Assembly: GCF_052425735.1 (NCBI RefSeq)
Contig: NC_135765.1
Span: forward strand, 32,116,001-32,180,000
Source of the DNA: Oculina patagonica
Taxonomy: Eukaryota
Reading direction: 5' to 3'
Length of the DNA: 64,000 nt
Shown here: positions 24,684 to 40,065 of the stretch, piece by piece
How the letters are laid out: every line of letters begins with the position of its first letter
Position numbering within the stretch: the first letter of the stretch is position 1
The notes under the pieces: generated by a model
Seen by the model: only the letters and a program-made list of their open reading frames with translations
What the model was told of the DNA's origin: nothing
The model's database searches: none
Made by a program: the position numbers and the translations under genes

Positions 24684-27600
24684 TTGTTTTCTCCAAGACA
24701 TACTCTTGCTACTGGAGTTTTCATTTTTGTTTTGAGCCAACTTATTTCTTCAAACGCAGGTAATTATCTGATGCAGACTTTAAAACTCATACTCTGTATA
24801 AATATTAATTTATGCTCATGGTTAATTATAAGTGCGAAGAATTAAGCTCTCTCAGTATATAAAGGACATGATTTGTAGGTCCAATTTGTTCCAAATTTAT
24901 AAGTGCACAGATAAAAATCGGCCCGATTTTTATCCTTGTAATTCAAATAAAGCAAATCGTACAGTGTAAATTAGCCATAATATTCGACTTCTTTGGTTGT
25001 TGGTGGTAATATGCCTCCTGCCCAACGCCGTAATCGTTGTCAAAGTCCATGTAATGCTTGCTTAGTAGTTTTGACAGCCTTTTTGTGTTTCGAAACCTAG
25101 CACGTCTTCAATTATTTTTCTGTTTTACCACAGTTACAAATTCACTTTTTCTGTTTTACCACAGTTACAAATTCACTTTTCTGTTTGCAACTTATTTTGT
25201 TTACTACGCCAGATTTTGGCTGATCGGCATTACCCAGGTGGGAAAAGACTTGTTGACTGGTTGCTTGTGCCGAGTTTGATCTGTAAACTTTTTTATATTA
25301 TACGTGGCTAATTCTTTCCGAGATACCCTAAACATTTTAGCACCAGATCACTACAGTCAATCGTTGATGGTTTGGTAGGTTTAGTAGCCAACACTTTCTC
25401 GCAGTAATTAATGTCAAGGGAAACCTATTTCGTCGTAGTACCGCTTTGTTTTTCGTTTGCCTTTGTAGGCTGTTGAAAGTTTTCATCATCATTCAAATCA
25501 TAAATGCAAGCAATATTAAAAGCTTTATATAATTAAATTTTCTTGGTTCGTTTAGAGAATGAAATGGAATTTTATATAACAGATTTTTAACACATTATTA
25601 ACAACGTTTAAATTGATAACCCAGTTGACAACTGAGATATGAAAAAAAATTCGCGTGAACGATGATTTCTCGGAATTTCTGCAGGTCATGGTTTCGATTC
25701 GTGGAAATCTCGTCAACTATGTATACGTTTTGTCACCTTTCGAACTTAAAAATTGTGAGCTTCCGAAAAGACTTAATGCAAAAGGAATTGCAAAAGGAAT
25801 TTACACAGTAAAAGGTATTTATAATTATCATGCTTCGGTTCGTGACCATTGGACAAAAATGATTGGAGGGTGGTTCCAAGTTTCAGTCCATCGTTGAACG
25901 TCAATTTCTTGGAATCGATGGATCCAGATACGCATGACCGTACATGACATTCAAAATTTCGTGAGACTTGTAAATGCCTTTTAAAGGCTTGATGTAAACT
26001 TCAGAACTGGGTGAATAGAAGAAATAAGTTAGAGTTTCAATAGTAATTTTTTCCCTGACGTTACTTGCTGCCACTCGCTGCATGAGTTCCGTCTTGTTAC
26101 CCGGGCTATAACCACAATGTTTGGCCAGACTTGAAAGTAATTTTTCAACAGTTTTCATAAAATGGCTTTAGATATCTCACGATTGATAAAATAGTTTCAT
26201 TTTCTTTTAGCCGAGAATGTCGAGTTTGGCGGTTCCTGTAGTACTGGCTCTAGCAGGACTCTTGATGACGGATGTTCTATCAGTGACGACTGCAGCACAA
26301 TCACGTGCAAAATGGATTTTGTTGACAAGCCAATCACATTTAAGCTTGAGGTAATTACTTTACAGCTGAAATCTCTTTAAACGAACATATTTTTGTCATA
26401 ATGATTGAATCGATCTCGTGAATTTTTATTAACATTTTCTTCGTCAAGAGCACATTATTTGTGAAGTTGCATTGATCTCTATTCTCGTTTTTCTGAAAGG
26501 CTTCTCCATCGATAAAATCAACCCCAACAACGGGATTCGCCTGTCTCAAAGTGTTGAATTTTTCTAATCTTGAAACTGTAATTTTTCTTACATTACATTT
26601 CATTTATATCGGACAATATAGTGGTTTATACTTACTTTTCATTGCACTTCTCACGCGGCTATTAAGTAACCCGTTCAGTCAGAATTTCACGATTTCGGCT
26701 AACAGTTATTTACTTGTATTTCCCGTTAGGTCAATAAGTGTGATGACCCAGTGAGTGTGACCGCCTCAATGGATGTTCCAGATCTGTATATCACGTGGTC
26801 CCACACTTACACCAGTGACGACATTGTAGAAGTGCCAGGCTTCACCGCATCCTTGCCTGGTGTCATTTCCGCTGGCGTGTACGTCCAAGTCGGACTCACT
26901 CCAAACGACGACGATCTACGTCTAACGGTTGGTGCTTCGTGTAGTGCTCACGATCTTTACAGTGCACACACAATAACAGCACTTAGAAAGTAAAGAAAAC
27001 ATGCGCGGCAAAGATAACGTTAATTAAATTCGTTAACCACGCTACAACTTACTTTTTTTAATACTTTACCTATATGTTCTCTTCTTGAACTGTTAAAAAA
27101 GTCAAGAGCATTCTACTACCTCCTTTGACTTGCATTTCACTATATCAATTGTTGTAAAGTTCCATGGGCAATTAGTGGGTTTTGGTGCTATTAAAATACT
27201 TGTTTTTATCATTTATTTATACAAAGCACAGCAGTCTAAAAGACCTGGAGCGCAGCGTGCAACATTTCGCGCAATTGCGTGAAAAGTGTCATGAATGACT
27301 TTACTCAGCTCCCTTCTATATATGTACTCGTAATCGATGGCGGGGTGAAAAATCTAACATGCAGTTGTCGTCGTCTTCAAACAGGTTAAGCTACTAGCTG
27401 GAGGTGAGATTTTGGGAAAAGGCGTTTATCCTGTGAAGGTGACGGTGATGGAGGGAGACCTGCCAATTATTACCAACGCGTGTGGCAAGTCTACAAAATT
27501 TCTTTTACAAAATAAACAAAAGTTGTGCATATGTAAGATTAGCTCCAATTCTGAAACTCAGAACCATTTGCTGTCCTTGCTCTTCCTGGAATCACCGTGC

Positions 27601-28585
27601 TTTACAATTTTTAGAAGAGAATCCCGAGAACCCCTGGCAAGCCGGCTGTATCTTTTAAATTCCACGTCCATGCGAAATCCTGCTCAATCTTCCTATTCTT
27701 AACTATTCTCGTTTTTTATCCGTTATCTTTAGCATTATCTTTATGATTTTAGTATTTATGTCGCGGGGCGACGAATAAACACGATGACTGGTTCTTTTTA
27801 ACACAACTTTTTAATACTCAACACCTGAGGGAGATACACACAGCTCACAGCTCGCTCGATTGAAAAATTCTCTCATCTCCTCGGGCGCACGTGGCCCATA
27901 GCAACGTGACGTCATAATAAATTGATCTTAACAACAGAAGTTCATCCTAAGTTAAACGGAAGTTCAGGATGCGGGAGGCACAATTTACATAAGTAAACTG
28001 TTATTATGAGGTGTCCTTCGATTTAAAGACTGTCTTTTAGGTAAAAAGGGACTCAATGTATTGAATGCTCTTCATAAATTCTATTGACACTATGAATGTA
28101 TAGTGAAACGTTCAAATGCTAACCGTTACTAGTCCAAATCTCTCTAGGTCAGGTGATACACGCACTACAGTAGCCTCACTCGACGTGAAAATAAAACAAT
28201 TTAAAACGCAAAGCTAAAATTACAGAAGCTGAGACAAATTTAATGGCCAATATATCGACTTATAGAACTGGTCTTCTACAGGGACAGATGTTAAGTGATA
28301 CAAATTAAATTCTCCACTGTTAGCTGAACTTGTAAATCTTTGTTTGTTTTAGGTGTCTTTGCATGGTGGCATGAAATGAACGATGCCAGCAAGGGAGCTA
28401 TGGTTGGGGGCTCGATTCTTTTCGTCATTGTCATGATCAGCTACTGCTACTGCTGCTGTTGCAGGTCCCGTACGAGCAACCAAGGGACCATCATCGTGCA
28501 GCCTGCTGTTGGTATGGGTCCTGCTGTCATGGCAACCAGCACCAACACCTCCGTACCTATGGGACCGCTGGTCCACCAAACTTGA
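24684..28585 (+). CDS. Cluster paralogue 3, 5 exons (~248 aa); start codon ATG>TTG, GC-AG intron 4; possible pseudogene
   Basis: Exons 24684-24759, 26211-26350, 26730-26927, 27385-27484 (donor gcaagt), 28353-28585. TTG occupies the position of copy 2's ATG, and an in-frame TAA at 24666-24668 excludes an upstream start in this frame. Confidence 0.78.
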
Positions 28586-30758
28586 ACCGCTTCCTCCTTT
28601 GCTAAAGCCAATCTTGTACCCAGGGTTTTGATTCATTTTTGATTCCCATGCTAGACAAATGCGACTCGCTGTTCAATTGGAATGGAAGCCCTGGGTATGA
28701 TATTGTCGAGACTAAACGCTGGTGCGCAGTGTGAAAGTAATTGCTCCTGTAGGCTGGTTTTGGCGTTTCTGATCATGATCGTGACACTATAAAAGGTAAA
28801 AAAAAAACAGCTGTTCTAGAGTCAATTTTAGCCAATACTTTTCAGGGCGCAAATCAATGATGTTCGGCTTAATTTTTCTTAATATCCGTTGAGGTCGATC
28901 CGCCGACAACAAAGTTATATTTCTGATAAAGGCGCTTTCACACAGCGCGCCAGTGTTTATAACCTCAAATCGAACTGTCAATGCTAAAGAGATAATAGAA
29001 AGAGCTTTAGCCATGTAAGGTAGACAAACTGGTAGATAGTTTCCTTTGCTGCCGTTACTTGGATTGTCACACACTAGCATTGCGTGACGACTAATTGGCC
29101 TCCCTTGTTGTGAAGTGCATAGATGTAGTTAAGGTGTGCGCCATAATGAAGATTAATCAGACAGATTTTTTGTAGTTCTGTAGCCCCCTAGGCAGATGCA
29201 CGCGTTCCTCCCAAACCTTTTATTTCCTTATGTAGCACGTAAAAAAAACAGGCATTTTTTGTTGTCGATCGTATCAGGATTGGATTTCTCGTGCCAGTCT
29301 TCTCCTCCACTGAGGCTCTCAAGGCAAAGTTATAAAAGAGCGTGATCAAAGGGAGATACGCGTGATTCATGTACAGGAGAATTACTCCGTGAGCTCAAGC
29401 ACTTTATTTTACAAGAATACAAAAGAAGCCTTTGTTGATAAGTGTTTATCGATGTAATAAATTGCCACAAATGTTTTGAAGATAGATTAGTGAGTCTCGC
29501 GGTCTTTTTTCTAAAGGAAGTATTGTTATTAGGTTAATGGACTATACTTCCGTGTACTGTCAGTTTGTGTTGATGATTGATAAAATTAAAAATAAAAAAA
29601 AGGTGCACGACAAAACTGTAACAAGAATTAATTTTCTACTTTACGAGCTTTAACCACAAAGCTTGCATTTTTTTTTTCGTGTAGTAAACTCTGATACAGG
29701 TGTGTTTCATGCCAAGTATATAAGTCGCGCGAAACTTAGGATTGATTGGGAAAATAAGTGTCACTTTTGAATTTTTCCAGAGCCGCTTCTTAGCGTCGGG
29801 ACTTTCGCACGAGAGAATGCCCGATTCCCTCATGGCGCGCGTCTGCAGGGAATCATGGTAGTTGTGTTCATCGTTGCTTAGTCTTGCGCATGATTTGATC
29901 ATGGATGGTTTGATGAATACAACTACCATGATAACTTGCAGGCCCGCGCCATAGAGGAAATCGGACATTCAAAGTTTCTCGTGCCCAGCACCTCCTGGCT
30001 GAGATAATCAAGCATTTCTAGAGACGAAAATGGAGAGCTCACTGAGCGATACCTATAGAGCGCTCTTGAACCCTTTTCTGATTAGACAAAAATTAAATTA
30101 TTCTGGTTTGATTTATCCTTTCATTTTTTTTTTGATCTGCAAGTACGTACCAAACTAAAGGATCAAGATTGCTTGAATGAATAAGTACAATTTTACACCA
30201 GAATTACAGTGGTTTTATTTTTATGCAAAGAGTAGTTTATGGCTAACGTTTCAACAGGATATAGACCTATCATTAACAAGTTAGGGCCCAGTTCTCTGGA
30301 CAAATGGGCTCATTGATGATTGACAGAAGTTACTTCACCTAATCATCCCTAGTAATTATGTCAACTAACAAAGGTTTTGACGATAATTTATGTACATATT
30401 AGAGGAGCTGCTGAATAATTTTGGTGGTAAATTGGAAATTACCGGTTTGACTGCTTTTGTGGGCGTCTTATAAACAAAGTTTTGTTTCTTGGAATTTTAC
30501 ATTAACATAAAGCAATATTTACGCCAGAGTCGTTCCCAGTATGAAATGCCTAGACAATTGCACATGGGGCACAGAAGGTTCGTTCAGCCTTCCCTCGCAT
30601 CTACTTTGACATAACTCTTATCCTCCCCCCAGTTTCCAAAATGAATAGAAACAGGAGAACGTCTAGCAGTAATCCATTAAAAAAATTGATGCTGTTACGT
30701 CCTTTTTGCGTTACAGTGTTGTAAGTTTAAGAGAGATTGTGCTGCGTCTAGATTTGTA

Positions 30759-31015
30759 GGGGAGCAGGAGTGGCGCAAAGGTGAGAGGCTGAGAGCGCTC
30801 GCCTCCCACCAATGTGGCCCGGGTTCGATTCCGGCCAGGTGCCATATGCGGGTTGAGTTTGTGGTTGGTTCTCGTCCTTGCTCCAAGGGTTTTTCCCCCG
30901 GTTCTCCGGTTTTCTTCCCTCCTGAAAAACCAACATTTCTAAATTCCAATTTGACCTGGATAGAGGACCCGCATTAAACCAGCTAGAGCTGATGTGGCTT
31001 ACTCTCTAACTGATA
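30759..31015 (+). mobile_element. tRNA-derived SINE
   Basis: gggagcaggagtggcgca..gggttcgattccgg head. Confidence 0.65.
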
Positions 31016-32329
31016 GCTACTGATAGTAATTTAAGAAAGTGTTTTCGGTCGGACTTGGTCGAGCTCTAGCTTTATACTAACTTGTTGGCCGGAGGTGTTC
31101 TCAGAAGTCCCGGGGTCCAACTCTCCACCCTGCCACTAGCTGGATTTGTTCTCGGTCGTCGCTAGTTTAGATACTCGATCACGCTTTGTATTTAGACTGT
31201 ATATAGCAACTGGTCTGCCTTTTTCCCGTTGAGATTTTTTACCATGTTACGCTCATTTAAAATATTTGTTTTCTAGGTTTAAGTGGCATGTCCGTAAACT
31301 AGCTCAGTATCTCAGCAGCAACATACAGCATTTACTTACATTAATTTTAGACACAATGGGCAGTGGGAAAATGAGGACAAGCATGTTAACCTAGGGCAAG
31401 AGATTCTCTCTTGTTTGAGGGGGGATCATATACCCGATAAAATTTGTATTCCTTTTCGTCTAATCAGAAATTCAGAAATAATACCAGTAGTTTAAAGGCA
31501 TTGTCTAGGGGCCTCTCCATTCTCGTTCCCCTAACCATTGGGACCCAGGCATGGGAGTGGCGCAGGTCGCCGTGCAGGCCCCGATGGCTAATAAGAGAAA
31601 GAGGTGGACCTTGGGACAATGCCAATCTTTTACTTATCCCTGCGACTTACGTGGCATAAAATACCATCGTTGTAGTAAAGTTGGTGATGTGTCGATTTTT
31701 TTGTCGGGTTTATAAACCTAGTTGAAGAAACGTTGATCCTGTGAAAAGCATAGACCATGAACGATATGACCCAATGGTATTCTGTGTAGACATCCTTGGT
31801 AATCTTGTTAATATTCTTTTTATTGACAATCATGACATTTTCTTTCTTTGAGAGCCTAAGGAACATGTTTAATGCAATCTATGTTATTATCATGCTTATT
31901 TTGTCAAAGGCAACAATTATTTTTTCGATATCCCAGTAAACACTTGTTTCGTGTCGTTCATGGTCAGTTATGCTTTGCATGGGTCAACGATTCTTCACTC
32001 AGGTGTATATATCAATCCTTTGCAATGCAACTTTGTTGTTCTAATCTTGTAAAGAAAAAGTCAAGTCTGTGCAACAGTTTTCATGTGAGCTATTTATTAT
32101 CAATCATCCTTTACAATCCTCCATTCATCAATGCAAAATGACAGAATTTACAAGCTAGAATCTGTTATTACACTAGTAACATTACTTTTAGAAAATAGCC
32201 TCGATCGAGACTTCTTCATCTACATTCAAGGCAATAACTTATCATAATATACAACATTGGTTAATCCTGACCTGTTCTCAAATCTACAGGATCCTAAATA
32301 GAATTCAAGAAATGTGTGCTCACTAAAAG

Positions 32330-32543
32330 AAGGGCCTGAAGGGGTAAAATGGGAACTGGGATTTTGGGCAAATTTTCCCTGGAAAAATGGGATTTGGTTA
32401 CTGGGACTGGGAATCACAAACAAGCTAACAATAGAATTGGGAATGGGAATTCAAATATTGGGAAAACAATAAGCTAAGAAAGGTGATTTGGGCAAAATAA
32501 GAGTTGGGAAAATAGGATTTTAAACCACCCCTTCAGGACCCTC
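32330..32543. mobile_element. MITE shared by the 3' regions of paralogues 4 and 5
   Basis: agggcctgaagggg / ccccttcaggaccct ends; a homologous copy sits at ~44480-44687 in the same flanking context. Confidence 0.65.
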
Positions 32544-33011
32544 CAAAAAGTGTAATTTTCAAAACACTGAATCGATGCGAATCAATTGCTTGGAGACATG
32601 ATCTTCTGTTGATTGTCTGCTTGCTTATTATGACTGAAGCTTACTTCATAACATTTATCAACACGCCGGCACGCAAAGTAAAAGTGTGTTTCTTTACTGA
32701 TCATGGATGATATTTAGGTGGCAACCGATCAACAGCATCGAATTCAGGAAACTTGCATGTAATAATATCCGCTAAATTTGCTGAACAATATCAGCTTGAG
32801 CTCTAAAATAATTTCAATTTTAAAACTACTGCAGTGTTACAAACGTCGTAAAATAATGAATTCCTTTTTACATCAGGTGTTTATTTAATTATCCTAGTTT
32901 TTAACTGGTGAAATTACAGCTGGATTATTTAATACGAAAACAAATTCAAATAAGGTAAGTAATTCCATTCGATTCACATTGTGTACCCAGGTCTCGTTGG
33001 CCATCCGTGGT

Positions 33012-36000
33012 TTAGGTATTGATTTCCGTGACAAAAAAGCCTCTTCTGCAGCAACAGCAGCAGCAACAGCCGCAGCAAATGCAGCATGAAATCACAATGC
33101 CGGTGATCATTAAAGCCCTCCAAGGTATTGAATTTGACCCTAATGCGAAGAACGATCAGGGAGGATAAACTCATTTTACTGTTGAACATTAGTTCATTAA
33201 ATTTATTACAGCATATTCAGTCTATTTTTATTATATGACGTACATAAGTACTTAACACATGTAATTAAATGATTAATTATTGAGCAGTTTTCAAATGAGT
33301 GTAGCAAAACCAAAACCAAAGAAATCGCTCTGGCCAATTACAATTCAAAGGACACAGACAATCCAGACAGCCAATCAAAACTCGAAGCAAATACCTGGCA
33401 CAGGCACGAAGCGCGGGAAAACGTGCGTGAGTCAGTCACAATCATTGGTTTCGGTTTTACTTCTGATTGGCTAAGAAAGTGGCCGTAGATTTTTAAAGCA
33501 ATCACTGAGCATAGTAACGCAAAACTAAATCAAACGCAAATAACTTTCGACACTCAATTGAAAAGCGCTCTATGTCTGTCTTGACATACGGAAAGTCCAG
33601 CAACTAATAATTATTTCTGTTCTGTATTTGGGCTTAATTTTACCAGTGTAAAGAAGTCTCTTGTTCAAAAATACTCCTCTTTTAAAAGAAATCGTTGATG
33701 TTATTTCCCTATTTCTTTTCTCTGTTCATATGCTTGGACCGAAAAGATATCGAAGTCCACATGTGAACTGAAAGAATAAGGGCAATATTTCTACAACTCA
33801 GTCTTAGCGACTTGGTCAATAATATTGTTTACTTCTTTTCAAACATGGTATCGGAAGCGCCACTAAGGGTGATTAACTAGTTGTGCACTGCGCACATCTA
33901 CTGCGCATAGTGTTGCAGCCTCCGGGTGCCTCAAAAAATAATGTTTCTGCCGCAATAAGAGAGGGATGTTTCGCTAGCAGAATGGAAAAAGTCAACCTCG
34001 ATCCAGTCAGTCCTCTCTCGACCAAATGCTCATTTTAGATTTAATTCATCCACATTTAGCCCGTAACACTAAAACGGGCAATTTAAGCAGTTTTTAGTCA
34101 TAATATATGTTAGTTTGAAAAACATCTGATTGCTGCATCGTTAATTGTTATAGCATGCTCGCAGGCTTATTGTTATGGTAAAATGCCTTAAAAAACTTCT
34201 TTTATGCCTGTCATCATATACGCGCGGATGGTGCAGGGTTTTTTAACCTGATTACCGGATAATATATTGTTTATAATAAAATAGGGTCAATAAATACTCA
34301 CAATTACTCCCTTCCGATGTGGGAACACTGGTCATTGGCAGCTTCGTGGTGAAATTGTATCCTAAAAAAGACCAAAAAGTTTGTTTAAATTTGGTACAAA
34401 AGCTTCAATTATATTACCTGCGATTACACTTATAAAGAGAAACTTAGTTTTAAAAGTTTTACTTAAAATGGTTCCTATGGCAACTATTGACACTTTGCTG
34501 AGGTCACCTTTTAAAGCCTTTTAGCCGACAGTCGAAAATGTTGACTACTTGTTTATATACTGTTACAACTGGATGTATTGTATCATATCACGGATGTCAC
34601 ATTTATCTTTGTCCGGCTTCTCCAGAACTAGATCATAGAGACTGTCGTAGCTTTACTTCGAGAAATCTAAATGTTAATTTTATAGAAAGACATTCTGTGT
34701 TGTAAAGGTTATGCTACTTGTATTAGTTTGATGGAGCGTTTTATCTCTTGAGCTCGATGTTTAGGTTTTTAATACCTCCCCTTTTCGCTGTGTTACGTTC
34801 TGGCACCACATGCATCGTTAATTGTTATGGTACAATGCCAAGCAAAATCTTCTTTTATTCCGGTCGTCATATACGCGCGGATGATGCAGTGTATTTTTTT
34901 AGTAATTTAAACCCAATTTCCGGAGAATATATTGTGTTTACAATAAAATAGGGCCAATTACTACTCACGGTCGTTCTCTTTCAATGCGCGGACATTGGGC
35001 TCTGGCAACATTGTGGTGTAATTGTACCCTAAAAAGTACCAAAAAGTTTGTTTAAATTTGGTACAAAAGCTTCAATTACATGCGATTGCATTCATATAGA
35101 GATATTGGTTTTACTCAAGTAAAAAGCTTGTGATGGCGATTCAAGGGACACTTTTTACAAGTTATTATATCTATCAATCTGTTCATTTCATTACTGCAGT
35201 ATCTGCAACTTTTGCACAAAGTATCATTTATATATTTCAAAATTATATATTTTTATTTATATATTTTTAGTCATTTCTGACTATAGGCAACCGTTGCTAT
35301 GGCCGTTACTATGTACAGAAACTTCTATCACTGTGTGCATTCCTTGAATTTTACTTTCGTCTAGGAGAAAATTCGGCAAAATTGTTCCAAAATATTTTTT
35401 ATCAGTGTTCAGTGGTTTTTTATTTTTTTTTCTTATCATCATCTGATCTTCATATCTTAATTCTGGGAGTTGGAATATTTCGCTCGTTATTATTTTTTTT
35501 AAGTACTGGACTTAAATAACAACTATTATAACTTTTTTTTCGATGGAATCACCTGCTAAACCCGGATTTTTTCCGGGATTTGGAGAAATGGTCATTCAAC
35601 CACTTGTGACGTCATCAGTTTGCACGTCAGCAGATTCTTGTGAAATGCAAGTAATACAGATTGGATAGATCTTTCATTTTAACATGAAATCTCCAGCAAA
35701 ATCTTGCTGCAGTGTGAGAAAGTGCATTTCTTGCAAAGTTTAGAGAAATTGAGCACCGTGGTGCCAAAAAAAATCAATTAACGGTAAAAAACGTGTCTTT
35801 TGAGTAATTTTAAACAATTATTGGATGAGGTTTTTGTGATATCCGGAATAATAAGGTAAGTTCGAGGTAAATGTTATCAGCCGAATCTAATAATTATTTT
35901 ATTTAAAACAGATATTGTTTTATAGGTATAAAAAAAGAAGATTTCAACATTTGCGTTAATTCGTTCTTGTCGTCCGGCTTCCGAATGTTCATTTTTTTTT

Positions 36001-37558
36001 CAAGGTTTTCGCGGAACAGTTCCTTTGCAATTTTTCAGTCCTTTTGTATTTTCCGAGTGTCTTTATTCCAGCAATTTTTAATTTCAATCTTTCAATTTTT
36101 GCTAGGTTGAAGGAGCGAATCGATGAGCCATGAGGTGCGCTGTCAGATTGCATTCCAAATTACTCATGGAAATCATGCATTGCGCGCGCAACCTACTTAT
36201 TATTTACTTATCTGCTAGCAGATTAGTGACTAATCTGTAGGTTGCACTGATTCGCAGAATTAATTAACTGTAGGCTTTAAGCCAATGAGAAAATAGATAG
36301 TGACTTCAATGTATAATAACAGCACTTAAAGGGTTAAAGAAGGTTTGACTTCCCGAGAGGTCCAGATAGGAAAAAACTGGACCGGTCGCGCAACCAATCC
36401 AATTACACGATATGATTTATCTGGTGTGCGCACAGAGCAGCAAGATAAGGCTCAAATACTTACGACACCCATAATGCAGCTCTGTCTGTATCACATTCAC
36501 GGTCCTGTTCACGGGAAAAATCTTTTTCCCCAAATCCGCACCTCCAGCTAAGAAATCCACCTGTTAAGAGAAAAGGACACGATTTCCCTTCCTTTTATCT
36601 GTTTTATTGGTAGAGAGTACAAGGGAATGGTCACACCCACTACACAACACATCTACGCAGTTTGGCCAGAACTGTTCCCATGCGCACAGCCAGTCACTTG
36701 TGGAAAAGTAGTTATGGACAGCTGATTCTTTCGGGTAAGGAATTATCCAGAGCAAAGTGGTATACCTAAGCGAAAATATCTCGCAAAAATCATCCGGACT
36801 TTGTACTGGTTTTTAATGTAGGGCCAACCCGAAGGTTGTATGGTGGTTAGGTTTGTAGAACGTTCTCGGCAAAACGAGTTGCAAGTCTGCGTGTTACGTA
36901 ACGTTCAAAAGCAGTCTTGACTTTGAAGTTGTTAATATTGTAAGCTGTTGTAGTTCAGAAAATGTACTACAGTAAGCGTCACTGCCTTGACTAACCTTAA
37001 GATGCAGCTGTTTATCGTCGTTTTCACTGATTCTCACTTGAACATACACACCGGAAGAATTGACAGAGGGCAAAGAGACATTAAAGTCATTAAAGCCTGG
37101 CACTGCTTTAATGCCGTCCTTGAAAAAAGTGTCGGTCCAGTTTATACGTAGACTGGGAACTTCCATTGTGGTGGTTACACTCGCTTTGTCATTACTACAC
37201 TTGTTGACCTAACCGGGCAGCAACACCAATATCACATTAGTCCGACAGTTTTAAAGAAAGGTTAATCATTTTTGACTGGTTTCTTTTTAGGTTTGTGTGA
37301 GTTCTCCCATTATTTGTTCAATTTAGTTAACATTATTTTCTACTCAGTGTTGTTTTGTTCAGTTCAGAACATTAAATTTCAAAAATTTCAAAAAAGTGAT
37401 CAATGTTTAATGTTCTTCTTACACTTATAATACTCTTTTCAAAGGGGTCTGTATAAATGTTTGACTGAGGTTTGACTCAGAAAAGGCCAAAATTGTAGCA
37501 GTGAGAAACGATGATGTTCAAAAATTCTGCAACTGAAGTTGATTTTAGATAGATAGAC

Positions 37559-37593
<35 letters not shown>

Positions 37594-38049
37594 GTGAGTG
37601 AGTGAGTGAGTCACTCTTATTTTAAAACGGCAGTTCCATAAGTTACAAAATAACTTCTTTACTTCGTTTTGTACTAATGGTTTCAGTATATTAACTGCTG
37701 CACACTTACTAATTACCTTAAGCTTAAATGTTATTTGCTTTTTCACAAACTCCATTTCGCACTTGACTGTGTCGCAGTCGCTACTGATGCTGCATCCATC
37801 AGCCAGAGTCTTGAGCAAGCCATCACAAGTACTGTTCGCCTTCACAGTATGAGCTAAAAGAAAGTTATTGTTATAAAAAGTTTAGTCTGTTTACTTTTTT
37901 GTAACTACAAGAATTGTTATGTTTTAAGATTCTTTTTAACGCACATAACGCCATTTGGTGGAAAGAAGTTACAATCATGCCAACAACAACAAGCTTTTTT
38001 TGCATGACTACTCATAAGAATACAGAAGTATTGCAAAATGTACTTAAAT

Positions 38050-38108
<59 letters not shown>

Positions 38109-40004
38109 TTTGTTATTTAACTAACTAAGATAACTAGTAAAACAGAAAAAAATGACAAAATAAAATTAAAGAATTACAATAATTCTTCATTTTATCTATT
38201 CGGGGTGGTGATCATTGTAACGAGATTGTCTCTCAATTCAAAGCATGCCGAGATAAATAAAATAAGCTGAATGTTTAGAAATTAGTCAGTTGAATTCATA
38301 AGATGTGACGATAAGGTTTCGTGCGATAGTAGTCGTAGTAATGGGATTCTAGGTTCTATTTTAGAGAAGAATGTGTCTCGTATATGTATATGTTGGGCAG
38401 TTTCATCTTCAATTTCGTTACAATTGCAGAAATTACATAGTCTTTCATTACGAGGTATTTTGTCACGGTTGTATCTACCTGTTTCAAACCTAAGTGTGTG
38501 ACAGATTATCCTTAGTTTACTAATGTTTTCCTAAAAGGGTTTCTTCTTGTTAAATCTAGGTAGACAGAAGGGCTATAATTATTTTTAATAGTGTCATAAA
38601 AACTAAGTTTTTGCGAATTTTGTAGGGTTTGGTTCCAATACGAAATAAACTTTTGTTTCATGATATCAATATATTGTTTAATTTGAACTATATAGTTTAA
38701 GTCATACAAATTATAATGAAGATGAAGTATTCAACATGACACGAGCATCTTTATTATTTAATACAAATTATAGTACTCATTTATTTTTATTACTCTAGAG
38801 TAAAAAACCATTTTTTCCGTTATCATAGAGATGAATCGATATTTTTAAGGTTTGTTTGGCTATAGAGTTTTTATTCTTTTGTTGTAGGTAAATTAGAATA
38901 CTTAGTAATTTAGATAACTTGCTGCTCTTAGGAGGGTACGAAAGTTTATATCTGCTGATGTGATGATCAATATTTACAAGGCCTTCATCTTACCACATTT
39001 GGAATACTGCGCACCTGTTTTAGTGGGACCTTAATCTGGACTTTCTGACAAGCTAGAATTTACTTATCAGTTTGCTAGCAGAACACTAATGAATCTGCCC
39101 AAGTCACCTCCCTATGGTGATCTACTTAAGATAGTGAACTACACGCCTCATCGTTTACTACGATCAAGTAGCTTAAACCTACTGTCTATTCCTAAGCCTA
39201 AAACGGTTACCTATGGTGACAGATCGTTCTCAGTGATTGCACCAAAGCTATGGAATGACTTGCGCATTGTAGTCAAACAGTGCTCCACAGTTGACTCTTT
39301 TAAATCGAGACTTAAAACTTTTCTTTTTAACAGCGTTTATATTTGATTAATTGTAAAAAGCATTGAGACTCCGTCAGGCTGTAAAATGCGTTTTTAAGTA
39401 CCTTTTAGAAAATGTTCTCATTGCGTTCCAGCAATTATGACCTAAGAGGCTATTGTAAGCTCAATCAGCCAACCTTTAAAACAAAGTATTTGCATAAATC
39501 TTATCGCTTCATAACTTCATGTTTATGGAACAACCTACCTGACAATATAAGAGGAGCGTCCTTTCTAAGAATCTTTAAAAATTTACTGAACAATGTTAAC
39601 CTGACCACCGAGGCCAACTGTTGCTGTAATCTTTGTACCGATTAGTTCACAGATTTAAATTTTAATTGTCTAGTTTTTAAGTTTTATAGTCTAGTTTTTC
39701 AATTTTAAATTTATAGTCTAGTTTTTGTATTTTTATTGAATAGATAACATATTTAAATTCTATATTTTAATTTTAGCATACACGTTCACATTTAAACGAG
39801 CCCCAGGCTCACTGGTGATATGTGTCTAAATAAAGTACTTGCTTACTTACCACTCTTATTTATATCAATGATTGCTGTTGACTCAGCGACTTAGCAATCT
39901 TTTTTTGTTAAAGCTTGGTGATTGTGTCTGTGATGTTGGTTGTTTTGTTATTTTTGGCCATTTCCCCGCGCTTTTAACCAGCAACATTCACTGACTTCAA
40001 ATTC

Positions 40005-40065
<61 letters not shown>

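Noticed and set aside
31495-31615. Structured GC-rich motif sharing ttagccatcggggcctg with ~14600, considered as a ribozyme
   Set aside because: Hairpins are present but I could not fit a complete HDV or hammerhead topology; probably a dispersed repeat.
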